DNA of 64,000 nucleotides from Schmidtea polychroa (lineage: Eukaryota). Shown here one piece after another: positions 14,880 through 24,667 of the stretch (position 1 is the stretch's first letter; every line of letters begins with the position of its first letter). Location of the stretch: the NCBI GenBank assembly GCA_044892525.1, contig CM097885.1, forward strand, positions 16,928,001 through 16,992,000. The letters are read 5' to 3'. Made by a program: the position numbers and the translations under genes. The notes below the pieces were generated by a model. That model worked only from the letters and a program-made list of their open reading frames with translations. It was not told where the DNA came from and did no database searches.

Positions 14880-16226
14880 TCAGATTTTTTAGATACATAT
14901 GCTTTGGTTCCGATCGAACCAACTTTGCGTGTTGCTGGATTCCACTGCGAATCACAGAGCTCATTAATGCAGAATGGAAATGGCACCTTGCTTTACTGAC
15001 TAACAGAGCTCATCTGTGACATGCAATCACATGTGAAAACATTTGCAGTTAAATTAGACATTCTCATCAACTCAAAATCTGTTAGCGGAAAAATCAATGG
15101 TTTCATTTCCAAACAAAACATGTGTGGATTCACTAGAAAAGATGCAAAGAGTTCCAATTTAGATTTAAAGAGCTTCGTTTCCATGAATAGGACAAACAGC
15201 TTTTCCGTAACCCATTTTCTATTGACATTGAAAAAGTAGATACAATTTAGCAAATAAAACTGGCTGAACTGCAAAATTGTAACTCTGTTCAAGGAGCCTT
15301 ACTAATTTCTATGCATCTCTCTCCACCGAGACATATCCCAATCTCAAGAATCATGCACTCAAAATGTTAACAATCTTTATCTATGAATAAACTTTTTCTA
15401 GGATGAAACATTTGAAATCTCCAACATGATCTAGACTTACTGATACAAACTTGCATCACTTGTTATGACTAGCAGTGACAAATATGGAACCAGCACCGTC
15501 TCTTCCATTGTGCTAACTGTGCTAAGCACAGGGGGCGCCGTAAATTTTATAAAAGCCATAAATTTGATAAAATTGAAAAATTATAAACAAAACAAAATTA
15601 AAGAAAATCGAAAAAAAAATTAGTTTAATATATAAATTAAAATTTTAAATATATGCAAAAATAATTATTATTTTTTGACATTTTTGTTTATAAGTTTTAA
15701 AACTTTAAAAAATTGAGAAGAAAAATGTGTCCTATTTATCAGCAAATATTTGCGATGAATTCATAGAAATCTTGGGATGTTATGTGAGAAGCAAAATAAT
15801 CACAGAATTGAAAGAAGGAAAATATTTTTCCATTATAGTAGATTCTACGCCTGATATTATTTTTTATTGTTTTTTTTTGTTCGTTTGTTATCCTAGTCAT
15901 TGAAATAAAATGATGTAATATATAATATTAATATATGTATATGCAATAATGTGTAATATTATTAATAAACATAATATATTTTTGTAAAAATTGTTTTTTT
16001 AGGGGCGCATTATAGTTTATAGCACAGGGGCGACAAATTTCTAAAGACGCCTTTGTATGGAACCTTACACTGACCATTTTATTAGCCAAAAACAGGCCCA
16101 TAGTTCCCATTGAAAAATGAGTAAGTTGATAGATTTAACTTGCTCTTCATTTTAATTATTGTATTTGTTCCTATTTTAAAATTTTAGTATGAACCTTCCC
16201 CCATTGAAAAAGTTTGAGGACCCCTG
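14880..16226 (+). mobile_element. Decayed hAT (Charlie/SPIN-like) 3' remnant
   Basis: C-terminal motif SRLTDTNLHHLL*LAVTNMEP resumes after a nested insertion; terminus AGTTTGAGGACCCCTG at 16211-16226; left limit approximate. Confidence 0.6.
15491..16055 (+). mobile_element. Internally deleted hAT (Tip100/ZMYM1-like) element
   Basis: 8-bp TSD TATGGAAC (15483-15490, 16056-16063); imperfect CA...TG TIRs; internal fragment YLSANICDEFIEILG...KYFSIIVDSTPDI (15721-15858). Confidence 0.8.
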
Positions 16227-16764
16227 GGTTACACAATATTATATTAAATAATTCTATAACTAATAAATTGTATAATATTTGTGGGAATTTTATCAAAATA
16301 ATTTCGACAAATTTAAATTATAATCGAATTCATCCGAATTGGATAAATTTTACAAATCTAAGGGGGTTAGACAATATTATATTAAATATTTCTACAATTT
16401 TTGTGATTGAAAATAAATTGGGAAATTTTATCAAAACTTGACGATTTTAAGAGCGGGATTAACTAAACGAGATACTTTTATATAATTTTATGTTTGAAGT
16501 CTAATGAATTGGTTAAAAGAGTTATACCTACAATCAAGTGAGAAGTTATGCTCGTTTCCCAAGGAGAAACGAGCACTTAATGACCTATTAGATGAAATTT
16601 TTCGCCCATACATTTCACAACAGTCTCTCTTTTTGGGCCTAAACTCAGTTTTTGCCCAATAGTATCGTTATGCTGTAAAAAATGAAACTTATAAGAAAAA
16701 GATTGAGACGAGTAAGTGAAAAATTTACCATGCTGGAAGTTTTAAGAATGAGAAAGGAATTGGT

Positions 16765-17097
16765 AGTAGTGAGGAATCTATGCACCCCAGCACCCCAACC
16801 CTCAAAAAAAACAGCGCTATTGACCCATATTTTCCACATTTATATGCTTTTTTACCCCATATTCTTCACTTTTTTTAACTTTTAAACTTTGTCCCCTATT
16901 GCCATTAACCCTTAATTTCTTCCCTTAAAAGTAAAAAAGTTCGGAATAGATGTATTTATAGATTAGTAATTCCGAGAAAAGGTAACGGGGTGCATAGATT
17001 CCTCACTACTTGGTCTTAAGGATTTAATGTTATAAGGATTTAATGTTATAAGAATATCAGATTACCTAATTCATAATGATCTAGGTCGCCTGATCAC
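16765..17097 (+). repeat. Maverick 1 left TIR (333 bp)
   Basis: Reverse complement of 31410-31726 plus one extra 16-bp tandem unit (TAAGGATTTAATGTTA). Confidence 0.95.
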
Positions 17098-17323
17098 CTT
17101 AAGGTTTTGAAAGTTTTAAAAATAAAAAATTTTATGAAAATAGTAAAACTGCTCTGAGGGGACAGTGGTATTTTTTTTTTTTTTTTTTTTTTTTTCACTG
17201 TCCCCTCAACAGTTTTTTTTGATCCGGATCATTTTTTTTTTTATTTATCAACCTCTTTCGTTTATCAAATCTCTTCCAATATACAAGCTGGCCAGACTCA
17301 TACATCAGAATCAATCCGATAAT

Positions 17324-17546
17324 AGCAGCACGCCTTATTATTCGCTTCTCGCTCACGAAGTCGATTTCAACGGCGTTTTAAGCGTGCTGCTCGAAAGTAC
17401 AAATGAATTCGAAAGCGAATCCGAAAGAGGTCCGAAAACAACCAAGAAATAAATGTGCACATTATAGAATCGATCCGGGGGTGTTCGAAAGACAGGTGGC
17501 GATAATTACCGGTTCGCCACCATCACCCGTTTCAATATTTTTTTTT
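17324..17546 (+). ncRNA. Candidate structured non-coding RNA
   Basis: GC-rich island with stems AGCAGCACGC/GCGTGCTGCT and GGTGGCGA/TCGCCACC, five CGAAA motifs, ending in a T-run. Confidence 0.45.
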
Positions 17547-17685
17547 TCATATTTATGTTTAAAAAATAATTAATTAATAAAAAAATAAAATAAAATAAAA
17601 TAAATAAAATAAAATATACAAGTACTTTATAAATATAAGATACCCACACTATTATTTTCAAATTTTTAATATTATTTTTATGTTG

Positions 17686-17767
17686 AAAAAAAACTAACCA
17701 CAGTTAGGATTTGAACCGCTATCTATTTGAACCACTGTGCCGGTCTAGCCCACTGCGCCATCAAGGT
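17686..17767 (-). ncRNA. tRNA-like Pol III unit 1
   Basis: A box TGGCGCAGTGG, B box GGTTCAAATCC at tRNA spacing, T8 terminator. Confidence 0.7.
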
Positions 17768-17926
17768 TTGAATTTTTGTCATTTTTTAGACTATAAATAA
17801 TCGATTCAAGTTAAAACGTTTTTGATCTTAAATTTCCAAGAGTTGCCGTTGACCAATCACCTTTAAAATTTGTACAAGTACTAAATCGAGTATGCTGATC
17901 AATATTTTGTTTAAAAAAAAAATTTG

Positions 17927-18007
17927 AAAAAAAATGACCGAAATAGGATTTGAACCCATTGGTATTGGCAATGCAGTCGAGTGCTATTACCACTAAGCTA
18001 TACTCAA
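17927..18007 (-). ncRNA. tRNA-like Pol III unit 2 (tRNA-Cys(GCA)-like)
   Basis: GTATAGCTTAGTGGTAATAGCACTCGACTGCA resembles the 5' half of eukaryotic tRNA-Cys; B box GGTTCAAATCC; T8 terminator; acceptor and anticodon stems do not pair well. Confidence 0.75.
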
Positions 18008-18160
18008 TATGAAATAAGTTGTTAATGTGTGACTATTTATTGATGAAATTAATAATTAATTATTCATTTTCTCGACAACTACCACTCAGATCCATCTGAA
18101 AATTGAAATATATACTAAAATCAGTACGCTGAATCAGATTCCGTTGAAAAAAAAATATCG

Positions 18161-18242
18161 AAAAAAATTGACCAAAATCGAAAATTGAACCCGGTACTCC
18201 CGGTGATAAAATTGAAGCCTATTCCCACTCCGCTATAATGGC
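18161..18242 (-). ncRNA. tRNA-like Pol III unit 3
   Basis: A box TAGCGGAGTGG, degenerate B box GGTTCAATTTT, T7 terminator. Confidence 0.6.
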
Positions 18243-18298
18243 TTACATAACATATTTAATTAATCCTATTGTGTGTGTCTAAATTTTAATATATAAAA

Positions 18299-19585
18299 AT
18301 GAATAATATAAAAATTCAAGAAAAAAATAAATTAAATCTTGATTATAATAAAGAATTTACTCATGAAATCAAGAAAAACGATGTACTTAAAATCTCCCCA
18401 ACTTCAGGATCTATTGCAAACTTAAATCGTAGGGGTGATATAGTTTTTCAATCTCTTCAAACATCAAACCCTATAGATATTTGTAATGCCAAATTATATT
18501 ATAAAATCGAATTAGAAATTGAAGCAAACAAAGATATAACCCTAGAAAATAATTTCTTTCCAAATTTATTCTCCAATATGAGATTAAAACTAGGATCATC
18601 AGAAATTGAAACTGTTTTACATCCGGGAGTATATTCTACAATGTTAAATTTTATTTTGACTGGTTGTGATTATAAAAATGAATATGGTGAATTAACAGGC
18701 TGGATTCCTGATGTTAATAAAGGAGATTTAGATAAAGATGGTTTAGATATAAATTATGGTTACTATAAAAGAGCTGAACTTTATAAATCTAAAAAATTTG
18801 AAGGTTATTTTGAATTAAAACACTTGTTTGGATTCCTTCAAAACTATAATCGTATACTTCATAATGTTTTTATAGAATTCATCTGTAATAGAGTAGAAGG
18901 TGATAAAAGATTGTTCTATGGAGCTGTAGATACAAAAGCTAAATTAAAATTATCAACACTTGAATTACATATACCTGAATGGACATTAAACCCACATTCT
19001 GAGATTAAACTCCTTGAAAGATTAAATTCCAACAAGTCTATAAATGTAAATTATTTAAATAGAATCTGTAGTGAATTTAGTATGACAGAGGGTTCAACAT
19101 ATTCTATAAAGGTAGCAAATTTAGCATACCGACCAAGATATATCTTGATTGGATTCAAAGAAGTAGATTCATCTTTCCAAAAAAATAACAACTTGTTTAT
19201 TCAAAAGATTGGAGTTGATAATTTAAAAACAATCCAAATTCAATTAAATAGTTCTTATTATCCAATAAATAGAATGGAATTTAATATTGAAAATAATGAA
19301 AACATATTCCCATATCTAAATTATATTGAAACATGTTATGATTTCAAAGTTGAACCGCAATTAAGTTTAGAAGATTTCAAAAATTTATATTCTATATTTT
19401 GTATAAATGTATCAGACCAAGATGATCGATTAGCCATAAATAATGTTGATGTTACACTTCATGTAACAAAGGATTCTAATTTTAAAGCTAAAGTATATAC
19501 ATTAATATTAGAAGAAAAGAAAATAGAAATGAAATTATATGGTGGAAAGATTTCAATAATCGAAAATGTTAGGGGAGATTCTTGA
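18299..19585 (+). CDS. Major capsid protein (double jelly-roll, hexon-like)
   Basis: 428 aa; Polinton MCP-like motifs NNFFPNLFSNMRLKLG..EIE, PRYILIGF, QLNSSYYP; genomic context. Confidence 0.8.
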   Translation: MNNIKIQEKNKLNLDYNKEFTHEIKKNDVLKISPTSGSIANLNRRGDIVFQSLQTSNPIDICNAKLYYKIELEIEANKDITLENNFFPNLFSNMRLKLGSSEIETVLHPGVYSTMLNFILTGCDYKNEYGELTGWIPDVNKGDLDKDGLDINYGYYKRAELYKSKKFEGYFELKHLFGFLQNYNRILHNVFIEFICNRVEGDKRLFYGAVDTKAKLKLSTLELHIPEWTLNPHSEIKLLERLNSNKSINVNYLNRICSEFSMTEGSTYSIKVANLAYRPRYILIGFKEVDSSFQKNNNLFIQKIGVDNLKTIQIQLNSSYYPINRMEFNIENNENIFPYLNYIETCYDFKVEPQLSLEDFKNLYSIFCINVSDQDDRLAINNVDVTLHVTKDSNFKAKVYTLILEEKKIEMKLYGGKISIIENVRGDS

Positions 19586-19614
19586 TATAATCCCTGATAT
19601 TTTAACATTTTAAA

Positions 19615-21023
19615 ATGTCTCTAAATAAATATTGGAGATGTGAAAGTTGTAATTGTCAAGTTACAAGACATCATAAAGCAAGCCATCTTAAAACTAAAAA
19701 ACATACAGTAGGTGACCTAATTCCACGAGCTGGAGGCGATTTGCAATCTTCAAAAACAACATCTTCAATATTAAAACCTTTTACTACAGAAAAATATCCA
19801 GGTGAAAGACATTTATTTAAACACAACTACACCGGACCAGGAACAAGATTAGATATTAGATTAGATGAAAATAATAATCCCAAACAAGGAGAAGAACCAA
19901 TAAATAGAATTGATCAAGCAGCTTTAAAACATGACATTGCATACAATTCAACAAATCTTAGAGATAGACATGTTGCAGATGTGAATTTAATACATGATTT
20001 AAATAGTATCCAAAATCCATCAACCCAAGAAAAGATTCAAAGAGCTCTAGTTAAATTAGCAATGAAAGGTAAGATTTTCATAGGCTTAGGACACAGTCCG
20101 ATCACCATGGGTGCAAGACTTCCTAGAATAGCAAAAGATGTTGCTTATAAAAAGATTATCGAACAAGCAGAGATTGAAAGATCCCTCGAGAGTACAGCCA
20201 AGACTAGTTTACAAACCCCAACAGAATCAGAAATAAAATATGCAAAGGAATTACACCATGAATTTAGAAAAAATAAAAAATATTTAAAAGTTCAAGTACA
20301 TGAAAAAGATCAAACATGGTCTGCAGATTTAGTCTTTATGCCCAAATCATCAGACCCTGAAAAATATAAAATAATTTTAACTGTAATAGATTTATATACA
20401 AGATTTGCTTTTGCAAGATGTTTAGAAAATAAAACAGGATATTCTATTACAGAAGCATTTGAAAATATATTTGAAGAAAATCAAAGAATCCCAAATATTT
20501 ATGGTGTGATAAAGGAACAGAATTTTATAACAAAGTTTTTACAAAGTTTTTAAATGAAAATGATATTAAATTATATTCAACAGAAAACGAAGGAAAAGCA
20601 GTCGTAGTTGAAAGATTAAATAGAACATTAAAAAATAAAATGTGGAAATATTTTACTGCTATTGGAAAACAAAAATGGAACAATGAATTGTTACAAAAGA
20701 TTGTAAATGAATATAATAATGATGTACATAGTTCTATAAAATTAACACCTTTAAATGCTTCCATGAAGCCTGAAACCATTAAAGTGGTAAATATTGAAAA
20801 TGATGTTATTGAAAAACCAAAGTTTAAAATTGGTGACCGAGTAAGAATATTTAAATATAAAAATAAATTTGAAAAAGGATTCACAGCAAAATGGACAAAT
20901 GAAATTTTTATTATAAATAAAATAAATTATACAACTCCAATAACATATAGCATCTTTGATTTAAATAATGAAAAAATATTAGGTAGATTTTATAATAATG
21001 AACTACAGAAAACAGATTTTTAA
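19615..21023 (+). CDS. Zn-finger / parvovirus-type PLA2 / retroviral-like integrase fusion, with a -1 frame change at about 20490-20496
   Basis: CESC...HLKTKKH; NYTGPG...IDQAALKHDIAY; WSADL, VIDLYTR; then in the -1 frame LWCDKGTEF and VERLNRTLK, running into ORF 20640..21023 (KFKIGDRVRI, FEKGFTAKWT). Confidence 0.9.
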
Positions 21024-21034
21024 GTCGACAAGCC

Positions 21035-21826
21035 CTAAAACAAACTTTTCCATATTTCAGCTTCTTCTCTATCCAAATAAATATAATTATATTTTTCTTT
21101 CCAATGATTATCAACAAACATATCAAACATATTCTTATCAGGTTCAACATTTGAAAATAAATCATTATAAATCATATTCTTATCACGGCGATCTAATTTA
21201 AAAAATATAAAACAATTGGAATTATTTCTTATTGAATTTTTATCTAAAGCATAATATGTTTGAGATATATAAATAACATTACAATTATTATGTCGACCTC
21301 GTGTAAAGTAACTCTTTTGAATCTCTTGATTTTTCATATTAACAACATCATCAAATATAACTAGATTCTTTTTATCTTTAGGAAGTAAATCACAATGTAA
21401 AACATCTTCAGGTTTATTAGAGAATAAAACTTGAATTGCCTCCTGCCCTTCTTCACAAATATAATCATTTTTATTACTAATATCTGATTCTAAAATCTTT
21501 TCCTTATACCAATCAACCATATCACAAGGTTGAAAAACTTCTTCAGGACACCTATGTTGATTTTTAAAAATATCAATTATTGCTTTTTTAGTTAATTTAT
21601 TTTCAAATCCACATTTCAAAAGTTGTAATTCTGGTTGATTTATGGTTGTAGAATAAAAGATTAAATTATTATAATCTAAAAAATCATCTTCAAGTAACAT
21701 TCTCAAAACAAGTACATTCTTTCCACATCCAGAAGAACCAACAATTAATAATCTAAAATTATCAGGAAATACTTTATTATTGAATTTACTCTTATGTCTA
21801 TTTAAAATTGGTTTCCAAGTATCCAT
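21035..21826 (-). CDS. Genome-packaging ATPase (A32/FtsK-HerA family)
   Basis: Walker A GSSGCGKN, Walker B VIFDD, RGRHNN..IYISQ. Confidence 0.93.
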   Translation of the reverse strand: MDTWKPILNRHKSKFNNKVFPDNFRLLIVGSSGCGKNVLVLRMLLEDDFLDYNNLIFYSTTINQPELQLLKCGFENKLTKKAIIDIFKNQHRCPEEVFQPCDMVDWYKEKILESDISNKNDYICEEGQEAIQVLFSNKPEDVLHCDLLPKDKKNLVIFDDVVNMKNQEIQKSYFTRGRHNNCNVIYISQTYYALDKNSIRNNSNCFIFFKLDRRDKNMIYNDLFSNVEPDKNMFDMFVDNHWKEKYNYIYLDREEAEIWKSLF

Positions 21827-21842
21827 TTTTATTTATTATAAA

Positions 21843-22451
21843 ATGACCTCGAAGAGTTCCTCTACTGAAGAATCTTTGCAAGAATTAATAAATTCAAATA
21901 AAAATAAATCAGTAGTAATTGATGGTAAAAAATATTTTATTGGAAAACATGTAAAAGAACAAGTTAGAGCGAAGCTCCACGAAGCTAAAGAAGGTGGCAT
22001 TCTTCCATTAGCTGCTTTAATTCCTGCAATCATTGCTGGTTTATCAGGTGCTGCTGGAATAGCTGGAGGAATTGCAACTACAGTTCAAAAAGCTAAAGAA
22101 TCTCAAAAGACAGACCTAGAAAAAGAAAAACTACAAACTGAAATCGATTCAATGAAGAAGGTAGGGCAAGCTAAAGGGGGAGTGTCCGTTGGAAAGGGTC
22201 TCTATCTTAATCCATATGAGGGGAGTCGGCAAAAGTCTCAGGGCAAAGGTCTCTATCTTGATTCTTATAAAGGTAGAGGTTTAAATGATTTTTTAAAAAA
22301 TCAAATTTCTACATCTGAATCTTTATCTTTAAAAGATAAAGAAGATTTAAAAAAAATATGTAAATCTTTAAAGAATGGATGTCTTTGTAAAACTAAAAAT
22401 GGCAAAGGTTTATACTTGAAGCCCTTTCCAACGGATCCTTTACAAAAATGA
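21843..22451 (+). CDS. Putative virion core / membrane-active protein (protein X-like)
   Basis: GG|ILPLAALIPAIIAGL amphipathic segment and three GKGLYL repeats; AAAATG start at 21843. Confidence 0.6.
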   Translation: MTSKSSSTEESLQELINSNKNKSVVIDGKKYFIGKHVKEQVRAKLHEAKEGGILPLAALIPAIIAGLSGAAGIAGGIATTVQKAKESQKTDLEKEKLQTEIDSMKKVGQAKGGVSVGKGLYLNPYEGSRQKSQGKGLYLDSYKGRGLNDFLKNQISTSESLSLKDKEDLKKICKSLKNGCLCKTKNGKGLYLKPFPTDPLQK

Positions 22452-22473
22452 TACCATTTTTAATACCATAAAA

Positions 22474-23343
22474 ATGGTATATGAAGAAAGATTAGCACTT
22501 TTAAAAAAATTACAATCAGAACAAGATAAATATAATAAAAAAGATACAAGTCAACATGCTGAATCTATAATATTAAATGAGGTAATAACACAACAACAGG
22601 GGCCAACAATTAAAGCTATAAAAGGATTAAATGAGCAAGCAAAATTTAAAGAGTTAGAAGATGGAGGAAGTCCCCATGAACAAAAAATAAAAAAACTAGA
22701 GTGGAAGGAAGAATCCAGTGAAAACCATCCTGAAAGAAATCAAAGAAAACGCAGAAGAATTTCTAATGCGGAAGAAGAAGAAGAAATGTTTTTAAAAACA
22801 AAACCTCTTAAAGTTGATCCTAAAATTAGAGATGATTTACCTCCTTCAATTAGACCCACATTTAATACTAATACTGAAGGATATCAAATAATAACAATTA
22901 ATAAACAAAACTTTACTTTATATTCAAATTCAGAAAATAAATCACGTATTCATTCACAAAATGTTTATAATAATGAATATTTAGACTTTGAATTTACAGA
23001 TGATTTTTATAAATTACTTTGTGGATATTCTTCGGATGATCTTGAAGAAATTAAAAAATATTTAAATTTAATAAGATTAATAAAAGCTAGTTCTAAAGCA
23101 AAATATATTCAAGATTTAAAGAATTATTTAAATAAAAATGAAAAGGGTTATGTTGTTACAGAGGGAGAGGGATTAATTAGTGAAGGAAATCCCATCAATC
23201 TTTTTATTGAATTAAGAAAACTATTAGCTGCAAGGAAAGCAGGACATAATAATTTAGATTCTGATATTTTAAAGATTTCTAAAGATTTGTTAAAACAAGG
23301 AATAATTTCAAAAGATAAATTTAATAAGTATACGAAGTTATAA
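22474..23343 (+). CDS. Polinton protein of unknown function
   Basis: Intact 289-aa ORF; C-terminal GEGL...LLAARKAGHNN...LLKQGII motif of the kind seen in Polinton core proteins. Confidence 0.6.
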   Translation: MVYEERLALLKKLQSEQDKYNKKDTSQHAESIILNEVITQQQGPTIKAIKGLNEQAKFKELEDGGSPHEQKIKKLEWKEESSENHPERNQRKRRRISNAEEEEEMFLKTKPLKVDPKIRDDLPPSIRPTFNTNTEGYQIITINKQNFTLYSNSENKSRIHSQNVYNNEYLDFEFTDDFYKLLCGYSSDDLEEIKKYLNLIRLIKASSKAKYIQDLKNYLNKNEKGYVVTEGEGLISEGNPINLFIELRKLLAARKAGHNNLDSDILKISKDLLKQGIISKDKFNKYTKL

Positions 23344-23365
23344 ATACGAAGTTATAAAATACAAA

Positions 23366-23830
23366 ATGACTCCTTCAATATTAGATTTTTTAAAAACATT
23401 TGGAATAAATGCAAAAACAAATTTTGATTTAAAAGATTATGCAAATTATTTAAATTTAAAAATTAAAATATTAATGAATGATGAATTATCAAGTCTGGAG
23501 AGTCCCCTGAATATAATAATCAATTATCAAAATTCAAATGAAAAAGGATCTCATTGGGTTTGTATATATAAGAAATCTATCTACTTTGATTCTTTTGGGA
23601 TTAAACCTACTAAAGAAGTTGAAGATTATCTCTTGAGGGGTTCTCCGATTGATTCCCCAAATGGTTATACTTTTAACTCTTTACAAGTTCAACCTTTGAA
23701 TACTAAAATATGTGGTATTTTAAGTTTATATGTTTTGTATAGATTGAATAAGGGAGAGGGAAAGGGGCATACGCAGGATTTTGAATCTATAATTCAAGAA
23801 ATTTATAATGATCTAGAATCTCTACTATAA
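23366..23830 (+). CDS. Adenain-like cysteine protease
   Basis: GSHWVC, YFDSFG, QVQ...ICG catalytic motifs. Confidence 0.92.
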   Translation: MTPSILDFLKTFGINAKTNFDLKDYANYLNLKIKILMNDELSSLESPLNIIINYQNSNEKGSHWVCIYKKSIYFDSFGIKPTKEVEDYLLRGSPIDSPNGYTFNSLQVQPLNTKICGILSLYVLYRLNKGEGKGHTQDFESIIQEIYNDLESLL

Positions 23831-23878
23831 GGATTTTTACTATAAGGATTTTTACTATATGAATTTACTACTAAAGAA

Positions 23879-24643
23879 ATGGAGCTTCACAACCCTCCGG
23901 AAGATAATTTAAAAAAAATGGTAAACATAATGTCAGATAAATATTCAAGAACTTTATCTATAAATTCAAAAGAATCAGAGTTTACTATAAACTTTCAAGA
24001 TTCAATTAAATTAGATCAAAATTTAAATTATGAATTGGGGCTATTATGGTTTTGTGCTTATAATACTATTTTTAATATAACTAAAGATAATAATAAATTT
24101 ACTATTCAAACTCGTGATGGGCATAAACCAGAAATTATAACAATAGAACCTGGGGCATATGAGATAAAAGATTTAAATGATATACTTTCTAAAAAAACAA
24201 ATGAAGGAATTAAAATTAAAATGGATATACCAACTTCAAAATGTGTAATGACTTTGAAGAATATAAAAATTAGTTTTTTAGATAATTGTTTCTTTCACAC
24301 AGTTTTAGGATTTAAACCTATGGATATAACAATAAAAGAAGATAAAATAATAACATCAGAACATATTATAAAAATAATAAATACAAACACAATAAATATT
24401 CATTGCGATTGTATAACAGGTTCTTATAATAATGGTAAACAAACAAATGTTTTATATTCCTTTCCCTCAAACACAGTTCCTATGGGATATAAAATAGTTG
24501 AAAGAATGAATCCTCCAAATTATTTACCTTTATGTAGAAAATATATAATGGATATTAATTTTAAAATTCTTAATCAAGAAGGAGAATTGATTGATTTTAA
24601 TGGAGAAGAGATTTCAATGTATTTACATTTGAAACAGGTTTGA
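23879..24643 (+). CDS. Minor capsid protein (penton-like)
   Basis: IEPGAYEI, INIHCDCITGSY, LYSF, NQEGELIDFNGEEI motifs; position after the protease. Confidence 0.82.
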   Translation: MELHNPPEDNLKKMVNIMSDKYSRTLSINSKESEFTINFQDSIKLDQNLNYELGLLWFCAYNTIFNITKDNNKFTIQTRDGHKPEIITIEPGAYEIKDLNDILSKKTNEGIKIKMDIPTSKCVMTLKNIKISFLDNCFFHTVLGFKPMDITIKEDKIITSEHIIKIINTNTINIHCDCITGSYNNGKQTNVLYSFPSNTVPMGYKIVERMNPPNYLPLCRKYIMDINFKILNQEGELIDFNGEEISMYLHLKQV

Positions 24644-24667
24644 AGATTCATTTTAAATTATTAATAA

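Noticed and set aside
17927..18007. Functional tRNA-Cys gene
   Set aside because: Acceptor and anticodon stems do not pair; reported as tRNA-like ncRNA instead.
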